Positions 36,845 through 47,009 of a stretch of DNA of 64,000 nucleotides are shown here, piece after piece. The notes beneath the pieces are model-generated. The model was given only the letters and a program-made list of their open reading frames with translations. It was not told the origin of the DNA and did not search any database. Position 1 is the stretch's first letter. Every line of letters begins with the position of its first letter. Source of the stretch: Candidatus Eiseniibacteriota bacterium. Its GTDB lineage: Bacteria; Joyebacterota; Joyebacteria; Joyebacterales; Joyebacteraceae. The stretch lies in the NCBI GenBank assembly GCA_043819135.1, contig JBDRFG010000130.1, positions 16,005 to 80,004 of the forward strand, written 5' to 3'. A program made the translations under genes and the position numbers.

Positions 36845-38446
36845 CTGTACACGAGATTCTATAATCTGGCCGAGAGGCCCTTTGAACTCACCCCGGATCC
36901 GCGCTATCTCTTCCTCAGCTCGCGGCATCGCGAGGCGCTCGCGCATCTGACGTACGCGGTCGAGGAGAGGCGCGGTTTCGTTCAACTGACCGGTGAGATA
37001 GGAACCGGCAAGACGATGATGCTCGACGCCCTCGTGCTCGGCCTTGACGCGCGCACCAAGGTGGCGCGTCTGTCGCACACGACCATATCCGAGGAGGAGT
37101 TGTTCGAGCTGATGGTCTCCGAGTTGGGACTTGACCCGCGCGGAGGACGCAAGCTCGAACGAGTTGCGCAGATACAAGAGTTCCTGGACGAGTGGACGGC
37201 GGCCGGCAGGAACTCCGTGCTGGTGGTCGATGAGGCGCAGAACCTCTCACTTCCGGTGCTGGAGGAGATCAGGCTGCTCTCGAACCTGCGGTCGCAGGGG
37301 CAGTGCAGCCTCCAGATAGTCCTTGCCGGGCAGCCGGAGTTTCGAACGAAGCTCGATCGGGAGGACCTGCGCCAGCTCAAGCAGCGAATCGGCATCAGGT
37401 ACCACCTGACGCCACTGTCGGAGCGGGAGACGGGAGAGTACATAGCGCACCGACTGAGTGTCGCCGGGGCCAACGGATTTACGATATTCGACAAGGGTGC
37501 GGTGGAGGCCGTCTTCGCCTACGCGGGCGGCGTGCCCCGTATGATCAACATCGTATGTGACAGAGCTCTCGTTGCAGGGTACGGCGCCAACCGCCAGCGC
37601 ATAGGCAAGGCGCTCATCCTGGAGACCGTCGAAGAGATAGAGGGAGCGGAACTCGTGTCGGCCCAGGTCGTTGCCCTGGACGATGTGACCTCCTGGCGCG
37701 TGACCGGCGAGGAGAGAGAGTCGCCCTCGTCGGACGCGCATGCCGAGGTACGTGTCGAAGCTGATTCGGCGGGCATCATGTCTGCTGATCTCGTATCGAC
37801 GCGAGCGCCGGCACGGGCCACACGTCGCCCCCTCGACGCAGCAGCACGGGCCACATCACGCACACGCGTTTCATCGGCCCGGCCTGGAGTCGTCGGGGCG
37901 TCTGTCGGGGGCAGTAGTGTACCTGCGTGGACGCTCCCCGCGGTAGTGGTTGTCGCGGCCCTGGCGGTGGTCGCCTTCTCCGGAGTCCGGACGCAATGGT
38001 GGCGGTCGCTGCCAGGCCTCAAGGATGACCGCGCGTCGTCGCGGGTACGACAGGAGCGGCCAGACGAGTTCGTCGGCGGTAGCGGCGCAGAGGTAGAGGC
38101 GGACGTCGGTGGGGAGGCCATGTTGGACATCGGAGGAACGGAGCCCGCGCTGGTCGAACCGGAAACCGGGGACTCCGCGCAGGAGCGCCCACTCACTTCA
38201 GGACCGGGAGGTCCGTACCGAGCCGTCGCGTTGTCGAGCAGGGTGGCCGACGCGGCTTCGGCGGAGGCGTTCCGCTTGATCGAGCGGGGCATCTCCGCCG
38301 AAGTGATCCCAGCCGATATCGGGGACGGCGGCGTTTGGTACAGGGTGGTGGTCGGTGGGGGCTACCCGGCGCTCGAGTCGGCGCGAGAGGTCGTGGACGA
38401 GCTGATACGCATGGGTTATGACGGCGCGTGGGTTCACAGGGAGTAG
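36845..38446 (+). CDS. ExeA/GspA-type AAA ATPase with TM segment and C-terminal SPOR-like domain (probable CTG start)
   Basis: In-frame upstream of the ORF-track ATG: (M)YTRFYNLAERPFELTPDPRYLFLSSRHREAL...TGEIGTGKT. Also VDEAQNL, LAGQPE, GVPRMIN..CD and C-terminal GVWYRVVVGGY. Confidence 0.85.
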   Translation: MYTRFYNLAERPFELTPDPRYLFLSSRHREALAHLTYAVEERRGFVQLTGEIGTGKTMMLDALVLGLDARTKVARLSHTTISEEELFELMVSELGLDPRGGRKLERVAQIQEFLDEWTAAGRNSVLVVDEAQNLSLPVLEEIRLLSNLRSQGQCSLQIVLAGQPEFRTKLDREDLRQLKQRIGIRYHLTPLSERETGEYIAHRLSVAGANGFTIFDKGAVEAVFAYAGGVPRMINIVCDRALVAGYGANRQRIGKALILETVEEIEGAELVSAQVVALDDVTSWRVTGEERESPSSDAHAEVRVEADSAGIMSADLVSTRAPARATRRPLDAAARATSRTRVSSARPGVVGASVGGSSVPAWTLPAVVVVAALAVVAFSGVRTQWWRSLPGLKDDRASSRVRQERPDEFVGGSGAEVEADVGGEAMLDIGGTEPALVEPETGDSAQERPLTSGPGGPYRAVALSSRVADAASAEAFRLIERGISAEVIPADIGDGGVWYRVVVGGGYPALESAREVVDELIRMGYDGAWVHRE

Positions 38447-38496
38447 TCCGGCACGGCGCGGGAGCGGGGAGTCCTGCGGCCAGGCGAGAGGGCGCA

Positions 38497-39246
38497 ATGA
38501 GCAAGATCACGGATGCCATGGACCGGTCCAGGCAAGAGCAGGAGAGACCCAGTATCGGCCAGGACGCGACCACGGGCTCCATGCCTGTCGTGTTCGGTGC
38601 GAGCCGAGTCGGCCTGCCGGCCTCGGACGTGGAGGCATATCAGGCTCTCGGCTCGGACATCTACCTGGGGCTGCCCGATGCGTCCCGCAGGGTCGTAATG
38701 CTTGCCAGTGCGGAGCCGGGCGCCGGCACGAGCACGGTGGCGCGCGAGTTCGCATCGACCCTCGCTCTGAACGGTGAGGTTACGACGCTTCTGGTCGATG
38801 CCAATCTGAGGAAACCCGTCGTTCACGCCATCTTCAACGTTCAGAGGACGCCGGGCATCTCGGATCACGTGCTGGCGGACGCTCCGCTGTCCGATTGCCT
38901 GCGAGATTCCGGTATTCCCAATCTCACACTCCTCCCGGCCGGTCGGCCTGCGGTCGCTCCGCCGCGGATACTGACCGACCCCCGCGTCGACGGAATGTTG
39001 AGCGAACTCCGCGACAGGTTCGATCTCATCGTGATCGACTCCGCACCTCTTGTCCCGTTCGCCGAAGGCGTCCAGCTCTCGCGGAAGGTCGACGGAGTCG
39101 TGATAGTCATCCGGTCGGCCGCGACGCGGCAGGCCTCGGCCCGGAGAGTCCTCGCTCTCTTGGACGACGCCGGCGCCAACGTTCTCGGCTCGGTTCTGAA
39201 CGGGAGAAGATTCTACATTCCCAAGTTCATCTACGACCGGCTCTAG
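38497..39246 (+). CDS. CpsD/CapB-family BY-kinase-like protein
   Basis: MSKI.DAM start; SAEPGAGTST (altered Walker A), LVDANLR, IVIDSAP and G.VLN motifs. Confidence 0.85.
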   Translation: MSKITDAMDRSRQEQERPSIGQDATTGSMPVVFGASRVGLPASDVEAYQALGSDIYLGLPDASRRVVMLASAEPGAGTSTVAREFASTLALNGEVTTLLVDANLRKPVVHAIFNVQRTPGISDHVLADAPLSDCLRDSGIPNLTLLPAGRPAVAPPRILTDPRVDGMLSELRDRFDLIVIDSAPLVPFAEGVQLSRKVDGVVIVIRSAATRQASARRVLALLDDAGANVLGSVLNGRRFYIPKFIYDRL

Positions 39247-39346
39247 GCGGGCCGGACGTCGCCGCGCAGACCGGCGCTTCTGACGTCGTGCGCGGGGCGC
39301 GCGTGCCGGTGCGTGGCACGGGTGATGTCTGGGCAGGAGAGTTGCG

Positions 39347-40900
39347 GTGACCGGTCTGAGGCGAGGCGCCAGGGAAGTCTGGGACAGGGGTGACGACCAG
39401 ATGCGGAGGCATTGGCCCGTCTGGGTCCTGGGACTCGCCTTCTACGGCATTGTCGGGCTGCTGCTTCTCACCAGGGTCCGGATTCCCTCTCCTCTGCATC
39501 TCGTGGTGTTTGCCATGGCCGCGTTGGTCCTCTCGGTCACGTCCGTGCGGATCGAGTGGGGGCTTCTCGCCCTGGTGATCATCCTCCCCTTCGGGCGGCC
39601 AGGTATCACGGTGGGCAACCCCAAGATGTTCCACATCAGCGGGTTCAACTTCGCTCTCGTGGGCGTCATGTTCGCGTACATGCTCAGGTACTTGGTAGAC
39701 GCTCAGTTCGCGCGACTGGGTCCGCTGATTCGGCGAACGCGGATCGACCGAAACCTCTTCGCGTTCGGTCTCCTCGTTCTTCTCTCGTGTTTCTGGTCGT
39801 TCAACCTGAACAAGGCTCCCACCGTCAACATGAACACCGCGCTCTTCCTGAAAGAACAGGTGCTCTACATCGTTTGGTTCTACTTACTGGTCACGCTGCT
39901 CCGGAAGCCCAAGGACCTGAGGCAGTTCGCGATGTTCTTCGCCGTCGCCGGGCTGATGACCTCCTTAATCGGCATGGCCACGCGTCTCATGGGAGGCGCC
40001 GCCGCGATTACCCCGGGCACGATTGGGGAGAATCTGGAGGGGGGTGCCGGAGGCAGAATACAGGGCGGCTGGCTGGGGCTGGGCCACCCGAACATGTTCG
40101 CCGCGCTGCTTCTGATGACGATGCCCATCTGGCTATTCGCCGTCAGTCACCTTAAGCATGGTGTCCGTCGGCTCGTGGCGGAGGTCGCCGTCATCACCGG
40201 GTTCCTCGGGCTTCTCTTTACCTACTCGCGCAGCGCGTGGTTGGGATCCATGCTCGGGATCGGCCTCGTGGGCCTGGCCGACAGGAAGTCGCTGATGCGG
40301 GTTCTTCTGTTCGCCACTATCTTCGTCATCATTGCGCAGACCGTGGTCCTCTTAACTATCGACATGAACCTGATCGAAGTGGTCGTGAACCGCTTCAAGG
40401 AGTTCGAGAGCTCGAGTTTCTCTGGGCGCCCGTACATCTACGCCGCGGCGATCCGGATTGTCAGGGCTCACCCGATCCTGGGAGTAGGGCTGGGCGCGTT
40501 CAGAGTGCACGCCCGGGAGGCGTCGTCGATGAGCTGGGTGCCGAGGAACGCGCATAACGTCTATCTGTCGTACGCCACGGAGTCCGGGATTCCCGCGGCG
40601 CTCCTCTTCTCGATACTCGTAGTACGCATCCTGTTGATGTCCGCGGGGAACGTGAGGGCGGTGGGGCGGGTGCCGGGATACGGATTCATCGCCCTCGGTT
40701 CTTGTGGCGCGTTCATCGGCCTGGTGGCGCAGACGATGTTCGTGCAGATCTTCAACCACCGGATCCTCGGATTCGGCTTTTACGCACTAGTGGCGATCGT
40801 GGTCGCGATGGACCGGATGATCCGGGATGGGCAGTTCGACGAGATTGAGAGCGGGGAGCCGGGGACTCGCTCCGTGACCAGCCCATGGATGGAATCCTGA
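39347..40900 (+). CDS. Wzy-type polymerase / O-antigen ligase family membrane protein
   Basis: Multi-TM; HPN.FA, TYSRSAW, HPILGVGLG.F and AHN.YL...ESG motifs; start could be ATG 39401. Confidence 0.8.
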   Translation: MTGLRRGAREVWDRGDDQMRRHWPVWVLGLAFYGIVGLLLLTRVRIPSPLHLVVFAMAALVLSVTSVRIEWGLLALVIILPFGRPGITVGNPKMFHISGFNFALVGVMFAYMLRYLVDAQFARLGPLIRRTRIDRNLFAFGLLVLLSCFWSFNLNKAPTVNMNTALFLKEQVLYIVWFYLLVTLLRKPKDLRQFAMFFAVAGLMTSLIGMATRLMGGAAAITPGTIGENLEGGAGGRIQGGWLGLGHPNMFAALLLMTMPIWLFAVSHLKHGVRRLVAEVAVITGFLGLLFTYSRSAWLGSMLGIGLVGLADRKSLMRVLLFATIFVIIAQTVVLLTIDMNLIEVVVNRFKEFESSSFSGRPYIYAAAIRIVRAHPILGVGLGAFRVHAREASSMSWVPRNAHNVYLSYATESGIPAALLFSILVVRILLMSAGNVRAVGRVPGYGFIALGSCGAFIGLVAQTMFVQIFNHRILGFGFYALVAIVVAMDRMIRDGQFDEIESGEPGTRSVTSPWMES

Positions 40901-40913
40901 CGGGAGTGCGCCA

Positions 40914-42068
40914 TTGGGTCGTCTGCCGGACACGATAGCGTTCTTCACGGACTCCAGTGCGTGGGGTGGCGCTGAGGTCTACCTGACGCAGCTTCTGGCC
41001 GCCGTCCGCGCGGCGGGGCTTGAGCCCCGGGTCTTCTGCGCCGACAGGCGGGAAGTAGATGCGTGGGTCGAGGAGCTCGAGCGCTGTGGCTACTCGGTAG
41101 AGCGGCATCGCCCCACCAAGGAGTTCAATCCTCTCGGGTACTTCATCGCCCGCAAGTTCCTCAGAGGCTTCGAGCTGATCCACATCAACAAGACCCATCC
41201 CCGGAACTCCCTGCCCGCGGTCGTGGCCGCGCGGATGAGCGGCGCGAAGGTAGTGGTGGCAACGGAGCACATCGCCCTCTCGCCCGACTCGCACTTCCCG
41301 ATGGGGCGGCGGATCATCACGTTCCTCGTCCGGCGCACCAACAGGCTGCTGGACAGGACGATCGCTGTCTCGGAACTGAGTCGCGACATGCTCATTGAGA
41401 ACTACCGCATTCCGCCCGAGAAGATCGTCGCCATACGGAACGGCATGGACGTCGGGAGATTCGATGAAGAGGTGGACGAGGTCGCCGTCCGCGGCGAGCT
41501 CGGGCTTGCGCCGGACGACAGGGTGGCGATCCTCATAGGACGCCTCGCGGCGGGCAAGGGCCACAGCTATGCAATGAGAGCGGCGAAGCTGGCGTCCGCG
41601 CGCGTGCCCGACCTCAGGATGATCCTGGTCGGAAACGGGAGGCTCGACAGCGAACTTCGGGCGGAGGCCAGGGAACTCGGGGTTTCAGACCGCGTGCTCT
41701 TCGTCGGATTCCGCCGTGACATACCGCGGCTGCTAGCTGTCTCTGACGTACTGGTGCTTCCATCGGAGGCCGAAAGCCTGCCGCTCGTAATCCTCGAGGC
41801 GATGTCGTCGCGGCTTCCGGTCATAGCGACGGATGTCGGGGGGATCAGTGAGGCCGTAGACGACGGGCGCACGGGACTTCTGGTGCGCCCCCGAGACGCC
41901 GAGGGCCTTGCCGACGCGCTCGTGGCGGTCCTGAACGACCCCGAGCGTGCCCGCTCGATGGGACTGGCAGGGAGGAAGAAGGTGGAGGCCGAGTTCAGTC
42001 TCGATGCCTGCGCCGCCGCCGTCTTCGACGTCTACGGTGAGCTGTTGTCGAAGAGCGCCCGGAGATAG
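40914..42068 (+). CDS. GT4 glycosyltransferase
   Basis: GGAE, I.NGMD and ESLPLVILEAM motifs. Confidence 0.9.
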   Translation: MGRLPDTIAFFTDSSAWGGAEVYLTQLLAAVRAAGLEPRVFCADRREVDAWVEELERCGYSVERHRPTKEFNPLGYFIARKFLRGFELIHINKTHPRNSLPAVVAARMSGAKVVVATEHIALSPDSHFPMGRRIITFLVRRTNRLLDRTIAVSELSRDMLIENYRIPPEKIVAIRNGMDVGRFDEEVDEVAVRGELGLAPDDRVAILIGRLAAGKGHSYAMRAAKLASARVPDLRMILVGNGRLDSELRAEARELGVSDRVLFVGFRRDIPRLLAVSDVLVLPSEAESLPLVILEAMSSRLPVIATDVGGISEAVDDGRTGLLVRPRDAEGLADALVAVLNDPERARSMGLAGRKKVEAEFSLDACAAAVFDVYGELLSKSARR

Positions 42069-42070
42069 AG

Positions 42071-43309
42071 ATGGAGCGCAGGCTGAAGATACTCTGCATC
42101 AACCAGTTCTTCTACCCCGACAGCCTCGGTGGCGTGGAGCGTGTGGTCTACGAGACCATGCGCAGGTTCGCCGCGCGTGGCCACGAGGTACACCTGGTCG
42201 GGCAGAGATCGAAGCCCGATACACCGGAAACGGAGGAACTCTTCGGCTTCACCGTGCACCGGTACGGCAGCGCCGAAAGCCGACGGCGATTCGGAGGACG
42301 AACCAGAGACGCGCTGCATCGTTCCGGCCCCGTGATGGGGCGTCTGCTCGACGAGCACGAGTTCGACGTGGTGATGCCGCACCACTACTTTCCGTACTAC
42401 TCCTACGCCAGGCTGACGAGGCCCAAGGCGGCCCCGGAGCTCCTGACGTTCCACGCTTCCTTCTGGCAGGAGCTGAAGCTCGAGGGTGCGGAGCGTTCGA
42501 TAGGGAAGCCCCTGGAATCGCTCTTCTTAGGGCGGCTCGCCAGGCGCACGGAAGTGTCGTGCCTGAGGCGCGCCGACCGCGTCGTTGTCCTCAGTGATTT
42601 CTCCAGGGAGCTTCTGGCCAGCTGCTATCCGTTCGCAAGGAACAAGGTCGTCAGGATTCCCGGCGGTGTCGATCTGGAGAGGTTCCACCCCGCGCCCGAC
42701 CGCGCGGCGGTCCGGCGGTCGCTCGGTCTGCCTCAGGACCGCCCGGTTCTCTTCACGGCGAGGCGGCTCGTGCCGCGAATGGGCGTCGATAACCTGCTGC
42801 TCGCGCTGCCGGACGTCAGGTCGGCGTTCCCGGACGTACTTCTCGTGATCGCTGGACGGGGGAGGCTCGAGGGCGAGCTCAAGGAACTGGTCGCAGCCAG
42901 GGGTCTCTCGGACAATGTCAGGTTCGTGGGTTTCGTAGACGACAGTGACCTGGTCGGCTACTACCAGGCGGCGGACCTTTTCGTGCTGCCGACGCTGGCG
43001 TTCGAGGGATTCGGCATGGTGACGCTGGAGGCGCTCGCGTGCGGGACGCCCGCCGTGGGGACGCCGATCGGCGCGACCCCGGAGATCCTGGAGCGACTCG
43101 CCCCTCAGCTCCTTCTGGCGGGCACGGAATCTCACGCGATCAGGCGGGGTATCGTCGCGATGCTCGAGTGGCTTTCAGATCCGGCCGCGGCCGGCAGCTT
43201 GAGGGAACTCTGCAGGAGCTACGCGGAGACCCACTACGGATGGGACCGCGTCGTCGACGCGCTGGAGGCGCAGATACACGGGCTTCTGGAGGGTGGTGGA
43301 CACGGATGA
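42071..43309 (+). CDS. GT4 glycosyltransferase
   Basis: IPGGVD, RRLVPRMG and EGFGMVTLEALACG motifs. Confidence 0.9.
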   Translation: MERRLKILCINQFFYPDSLGGVERVVYETMRRFAARGHEVHLVGQRSKPDTPETEELFGFTVHRYGSAESRRRFGGRTRDALHRSGPVMGRLLDEHEFDVVMPHHYFPYYSYARLTRPKAAPELLTFHASFWQELKLEGAERSIGKPLESLFLGRLARRTEVSCLRRADRVVVLSDFSRELLASCYPFARNKVVRIPGGVDLERFHPAPDRAAVRRSLGLPQDRPVLFTARRLVPRMGVDNLLLALPDVRSAFPDVLLVIAGRGRLEGELKELVAARGLSDNVRFVGFVDDSDLVGYYQAADLFVLPTLAFEGFGMVTLEALACGTPAVGTPIGATPEILERLAPQLLLAGTESHAIRRGIVAMLEWLSDPAAAGSLRELCRSYAETHYGWDRVVDALEAQIHGLLEGGGHG

Positions 43310-45630
43310 ACGGCACGCGAGATCCCATGTGGCGGGTGCGCAGACTGCTCGCGATGAGCCCCGCGGAGGTGGGGCTTCGTGTCGCGAGGGGCATCGCCCA
43401 CAGGGCGCAGCGATCCCGGACGCCCGTGCATCAGAGTGAGCTGGTCTCGCCGGAGTCCGTGCTGTCGCAACGCGTTGCCGCGGAGGAGGTCGTCGCGTGG
43501 TTGGAGCGTGAACTGGCCGAGGATCGTGGCAGGCTGCTGCCCGGAGCGCGGGACGGCTCGGGGATCGACGCGGCGCTCCGCGCGCCGGGCGTTCGGCACG
43601 AAGAGCTGATGGATGCCGCCGAGGCGGTGCTCGAGGGGAAGGTCCGAGCCTTCGGGTGGACCGACATCGACATCGGTCGTAGCCCGGACTGGTTGAGAGA
43701 CCCCGACACGGGCGGTGCGTGGCCGCTGACATTCTGGACCGACGTGGACTTCCGCGGGACGGACGGACTGGGAGACCCGCGGTACGTCTGGGAGGTCAAC
43801 CGCCACCACCACCTCGTGACGTTGGGGAGAGCCTACGTTCTGTCCGGTGAGCCTCGCTTCGCCGAGCGCATCTGGCGGGACATCGTCTCGTGGGTCGAAG
43901 CCAACCCGCCACTATTCGGCATCAACTGGTCCAGTCCGCTCGAGATTGCGATTCGCCTGATGTCGTGGGCTATGGCGCTCGACCTCGTGGGTTCGAATGG
44001 GGCGAAGGGGTTTGACGCCGCCACGGTCGCCACGAGCGTGGCGTTGCAGACAGAGCATCTGTCTGATAACCTGTCTGTTTACGCCTCTTCGCGGAACAAC
44101 CACCTGATAGGAGAGGCGGCGGGGCTCCTGGTCGCGGGGGCCAAGTTCAAGTTCCTTCGACGCGCCGGGAGGTTCTCGAGGCGCGGCAAGGATGTACTGG
44201 AGCGGGAGCTCAACGCACAGGTCAGTGCGGATGGCGTGACCCGGGAGCAGGCTCTTCAGTACCAGGTGCTCGTCATCGAATTCGCCCTGCTCGGGATGGC
44301 CGCGGCTGCCGCTTTGGGTACGTCCCTTGCTCCGGACAGTGTCGAGATCGTGGGCAAGATGTCGCGGTTCCTGGGTAGTGTCTCAGGAATGGGCGGCGTC
44401 CCACCCTCGGTCGGCGACGAAGATGGAGGGAGAGCCTACGAGCTCTCCGATCGCCCGGGACGGCAGGCGGCGATGGCCGCCGCGGTCGGCGCGCTGGCGG
44501 CGGGCACGACACCGCCGGCCTCCTGTGTTGCGGCCGACTTCGAGCCGGCGCTGTGGCTCTTCGGCACCGAGTCGACCGCCGACCTCGCGCGAAAGCGCGG
44601 CGAGGAGCACTGCTCCGGCTGCGACCGGGCATATTCGTGCTACTTCGCGGACGGTGGCTACTTCGTACCCGCCGGGGACGCGCAGCATGGCGTCATCGAC
44701 TGCGGACCGCTCGGCTACCTGTCGATAGCGGCGCACGGTCACGCCGACTGCCTGTCGCTCGCGGTGTCACACCTCGGGCGCTGGGTGCTGGTCGACCCAG
44801 GCACGTACTGTTACCACCGCGACGCACTGTGGCGAGACCACTTCAGGAGCACGCCCGCTCACAACACGGTGAGCGTCGACGGTCTGAGCCAGTCGACCAT
44901 GCTCGGGCCGTTCATGTGGGGCCGGAAGGCCCGCGCCAGACAGCTCGTCTGGGCGTCGACACCGAGGTTCGACTACTTCGAGGGCGCTCACGACGGCTTC
45001 GCGTCGCGGGACGGCGTACTGCACAGGCGATCCGTCTTCTTCGGGAAGCGCGGCTACTGGCTGGTCATCGACCACCTGGAGGGCCGCGGGCGGCATCAGG
45101 TCGACGCCACGTTCCAGCTGGCCGAGGGGTACTACCGACGGCAGGCGGGCGGGCTGGTGTTCGTCGCGGACGACGGACAGGCCGTGGAGTTCAGGACCTG
45201 GCTTCCGGACGGGGTCGCCGCCGATGTGGTCGAGGGGGCGGAAACGCCTCCGTGCGGCTGGGTCTCCTCCGGGTTCGGCCGAAAGGTGGCCGCGCCGGCG
45301 GTAGTGGAGACGGGGGTGGTTGAACTGCCCGCGACGCTCATAACGACCATCGTCCCGTTCGACGGAGAGAGCGTCCTCAACGTCAGCTGTGCGACGGGTG
45401 GGTGGAACGGTGGAGCGGTTTTCGACATAGAGTTTCCGGAGGGGCGGGATAGGGTTCTCCTGGGAGCGCCCCGCTCGCAGTCTTCGAACGAGCGATTCTC
45501 GGGTACCGTCGGTTTCGTGTCCGACCGCGAGGGCGGCAGGGAGACGACGGGCCTCGGGGTTACTGAATGGACGGAGGAGGGGTCGAGCGTCGCGCACGAG
45601 CCTGTCGCCGATCTCCTGTCTGACCCGTAG
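43306..45630 (+). CDS. Heparinase II/III / alginate-lyase-family protein
   Basis: WEVNRH, NPP..GINW.S.LE..IR, NNHLIGE, AHGHAD.LS, DPGTY.Y and AHNTV motifs; ATGA overlap at 43306; no clear signal peptide. Confidence 0.85.
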   Translation: MNGTRDPMWRVRRLLAMSPAEVGLRVARGIAHRAQRSRTPVHQSELVSPESVLSQRVAAEEVVAWLERELAEDRGRLLPGARDGSGIDAALRAPGVRHEELMDAAEAVLEGKVRAFGWTDIDIGRSPDWLRDPDTGGAWPLTFWTDVDFRGTDGLGDPRYVWEVNRHHHLVTLGRAYVLSGEPRFAERIWRDIVSWVEANPPLFGINWSSPLEIAIRLMSWAMALDLVGSNGAKGFDAATVATSVALQTEHLSDNLSVYASSRNNHLIGEAAGLLVAGAKFKFLRRAGRFSRRGKDVLERELNAQVSADGVTREQALQYQVLVIEFALLGMAAAAALGTSLAPDSVEIVGKMSRFLGSVSGMGGVPPSVGDEDGGRAYELSDRPGRQAAMAAAVGALAAGTTPPASCVAADFEPALWLFGTESTADLARKRGEEHCSGCDRAYSCYFADGGYFVPAGDAQHGVIDCGPLGYLSIAAHGHADCLSLAVSHLGRWVLVDPGTYCYHRDALWRDHFRSTPAHNTVSVDGLSQSTMLGPFMWGRKARARQLVWASTPRFDYFEGAHDGFASRDGVLHRRSVFFGKRGYWLVIDHLEGRGRHQVDATFQLAEGYYRRQAGGLVFVADDGQAVEFRTWLPDGVAADVVEGAETPPCGWVSSGFGRKVAAPAVVETGVVELPATLITTIVPFDGESVLNVSCATGGWNGGAVFDIEFPEGRDRVLLGAPRSQSSNERFSGTVGFVSDREGGRETTGLGVTEWTEEGSSVAHEPVADLLSDP

Positions 45631-45653
45631 GTGAGAGGAGCACTACCGGCATC

Positions 45654-46979
45654 ATGAGAATAAGCGTGTTGGGCCTCGGATACGTCGGATGTGTGTCGGC
45701 CGCCTGCCTCAGCGATCTGGGGCACGAGGTGGTGGGTCTGGACGTCGACCCCAGGAAGGTAGAGCCCATAAGGAACGGCACGAGTCCTATCGTCGAGCCC
45801 GGGCTTCGGGAACTGGTGAAGAAGGGGGTGGAGGAGGGGCGGTTGACGGCGACCGACGACTACGAGGCCGCCGTGATGGGCTCGGACATCTCGCTGGTGT
45901 GTGTGGGCACGCCCTCCCTGGAGTCGGGGCGCCCCAACCTCGACTACACGAAGCGCGTCTGTCAGCAGATCGCCGACGTCATCAAGGGCAAGGACGGCTT
46001 CCACGTCGTGGTCTTCCGCAGCACGATCCCTCCGGGTACGGTCGAGACCGAGCTCATACCGATACTGGAGAGCGAGTCCGGGAAGAAGGAGGGCGAGGGA
46101 TTCGGCGTCTGCTTCAACCCCGAGTTCCTGCGCGAGGCTTCCGCGGTCCGTGACTTCTATCATCCTCCGAAGATCGTCATAGGCGAGAGGACGCCGGGCA
46201 GCCGCGCCGGCGACGTACTGGCAGAGCTGTACTCCGCCATCGACGCTCCGACCGTGCGTACGGAGATCAGGGTCTCGGAGATGGTCAAATACGCGGACAA
46301 CTGCTTCCACGCCCTCAAGGTCTGCTTCGCGAACGAGATCGGGAATCTGAGCAAGGCGCTGCGAATCTCAGACAGCCACAAGGTGATGGAGATATTCTGT
46401 CTCGACACGCAGCTCAACCTGTCGCCTTACTACATGAAGCCGGGATTCGCCTTCGGAGGCTCCTGCCTGCCCAAGGACCTGCGCGCCATCGTGCGCATGA
46501 GCAAAGAGACGGGCGTTGAATGCCCCGTGCTCTCCGCGGCCGACCCGTCGAACCGTCTTCAGATCCAGCGGGCCATCGACTACATCAGGGGCACGGGCAA
46601 GCGCAAGATCGGCGTGCTCGGTATGAGCTTCAAGGCGGAGACCGACGACCTGAGGGAGAGCCCGATCGTGCAGGTCGTGAGCACGCTGATCGGAAAGGGC
46701 TACGAGCTCTGCATCTACGACAGGAACATCAGCTGGGAGGAGCTGTTCGGCTCGAACCTGGGATTCATGGAGCACGAGCTGCCCTACGCGCAGAGCCTGA
46801 AGGCCGAATCGATCGACGACCTCATCGCGAGGTCGGAGGTCATCGTGGTCGCCAACGGAGCGGCGGAGTTCAAGGACGTCCCCAAGAGAATGCGGGAAGA
46901 CCAGGTGATGGTCGACCTCGTACGCATAGTGGATGATCCGTCTGTGGTCCGTGGGCAGTACATCGGGATCGCGTGGTAG
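45654..46979 (+). CDS. UDP-glucose/GDP-mannose 6-dehydrogenase (AlgD-like)
   Basis: GLGYVG, CVGTPS, RST..PGT, NPEFLRE, GFAFGGSCLPKD and FKA.TDDLRESP motifs. Confidence 0.93.
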   Translation: MRISVLGLGYVGCVSAACLSDLGHEVVGLDVDPRKVEPIRNGTSPIVEPGLRELVKKGVEEGRLTATDDYEAAVMGSDISLVCVGTPSLESGRPNLDYTKRVCQQIADVIKGKDGFHVVVFRSTIPPGTVETELIPILESESGKKEGEGFGVCFNPEFLREASAVRDFYHPPKIVIGERTPGSRAGDVLAELYSAIDAPTVRTEIRVSEMVKYADNCFHALKVCFANEIGNLSKALRISDSHKVMEIFCLDTQLNLSPYYMKPGFAFGGSCLPKDLRAIVRMSKETGVECPVLSAADPSNRLQIQRAIDYIRGTGKRKIGVLGMSFKAETDDLRESPIVQVVSTLIGKGYELCIYDRNISWEELFGSNLGFMEHELPYAQSLKAESIDDLIARSEVIVVANGAAEFKDVPKRMREDQVMVDLVRIVDDPSVVRGQYIGIAW

Positions 46980-47009
46980 GCCCGGCGTCTCCGATCACGC
47001 CGAATTTAC

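Noticed and set aside
37811..37855. 12-bp direct repeat GCACGGGCCACA (37811-37822, 37844-37855)
   Set aside because: In-frame repeat (ARAT) within a low-complexity linker of the ATPase; no evidence of a separate function.
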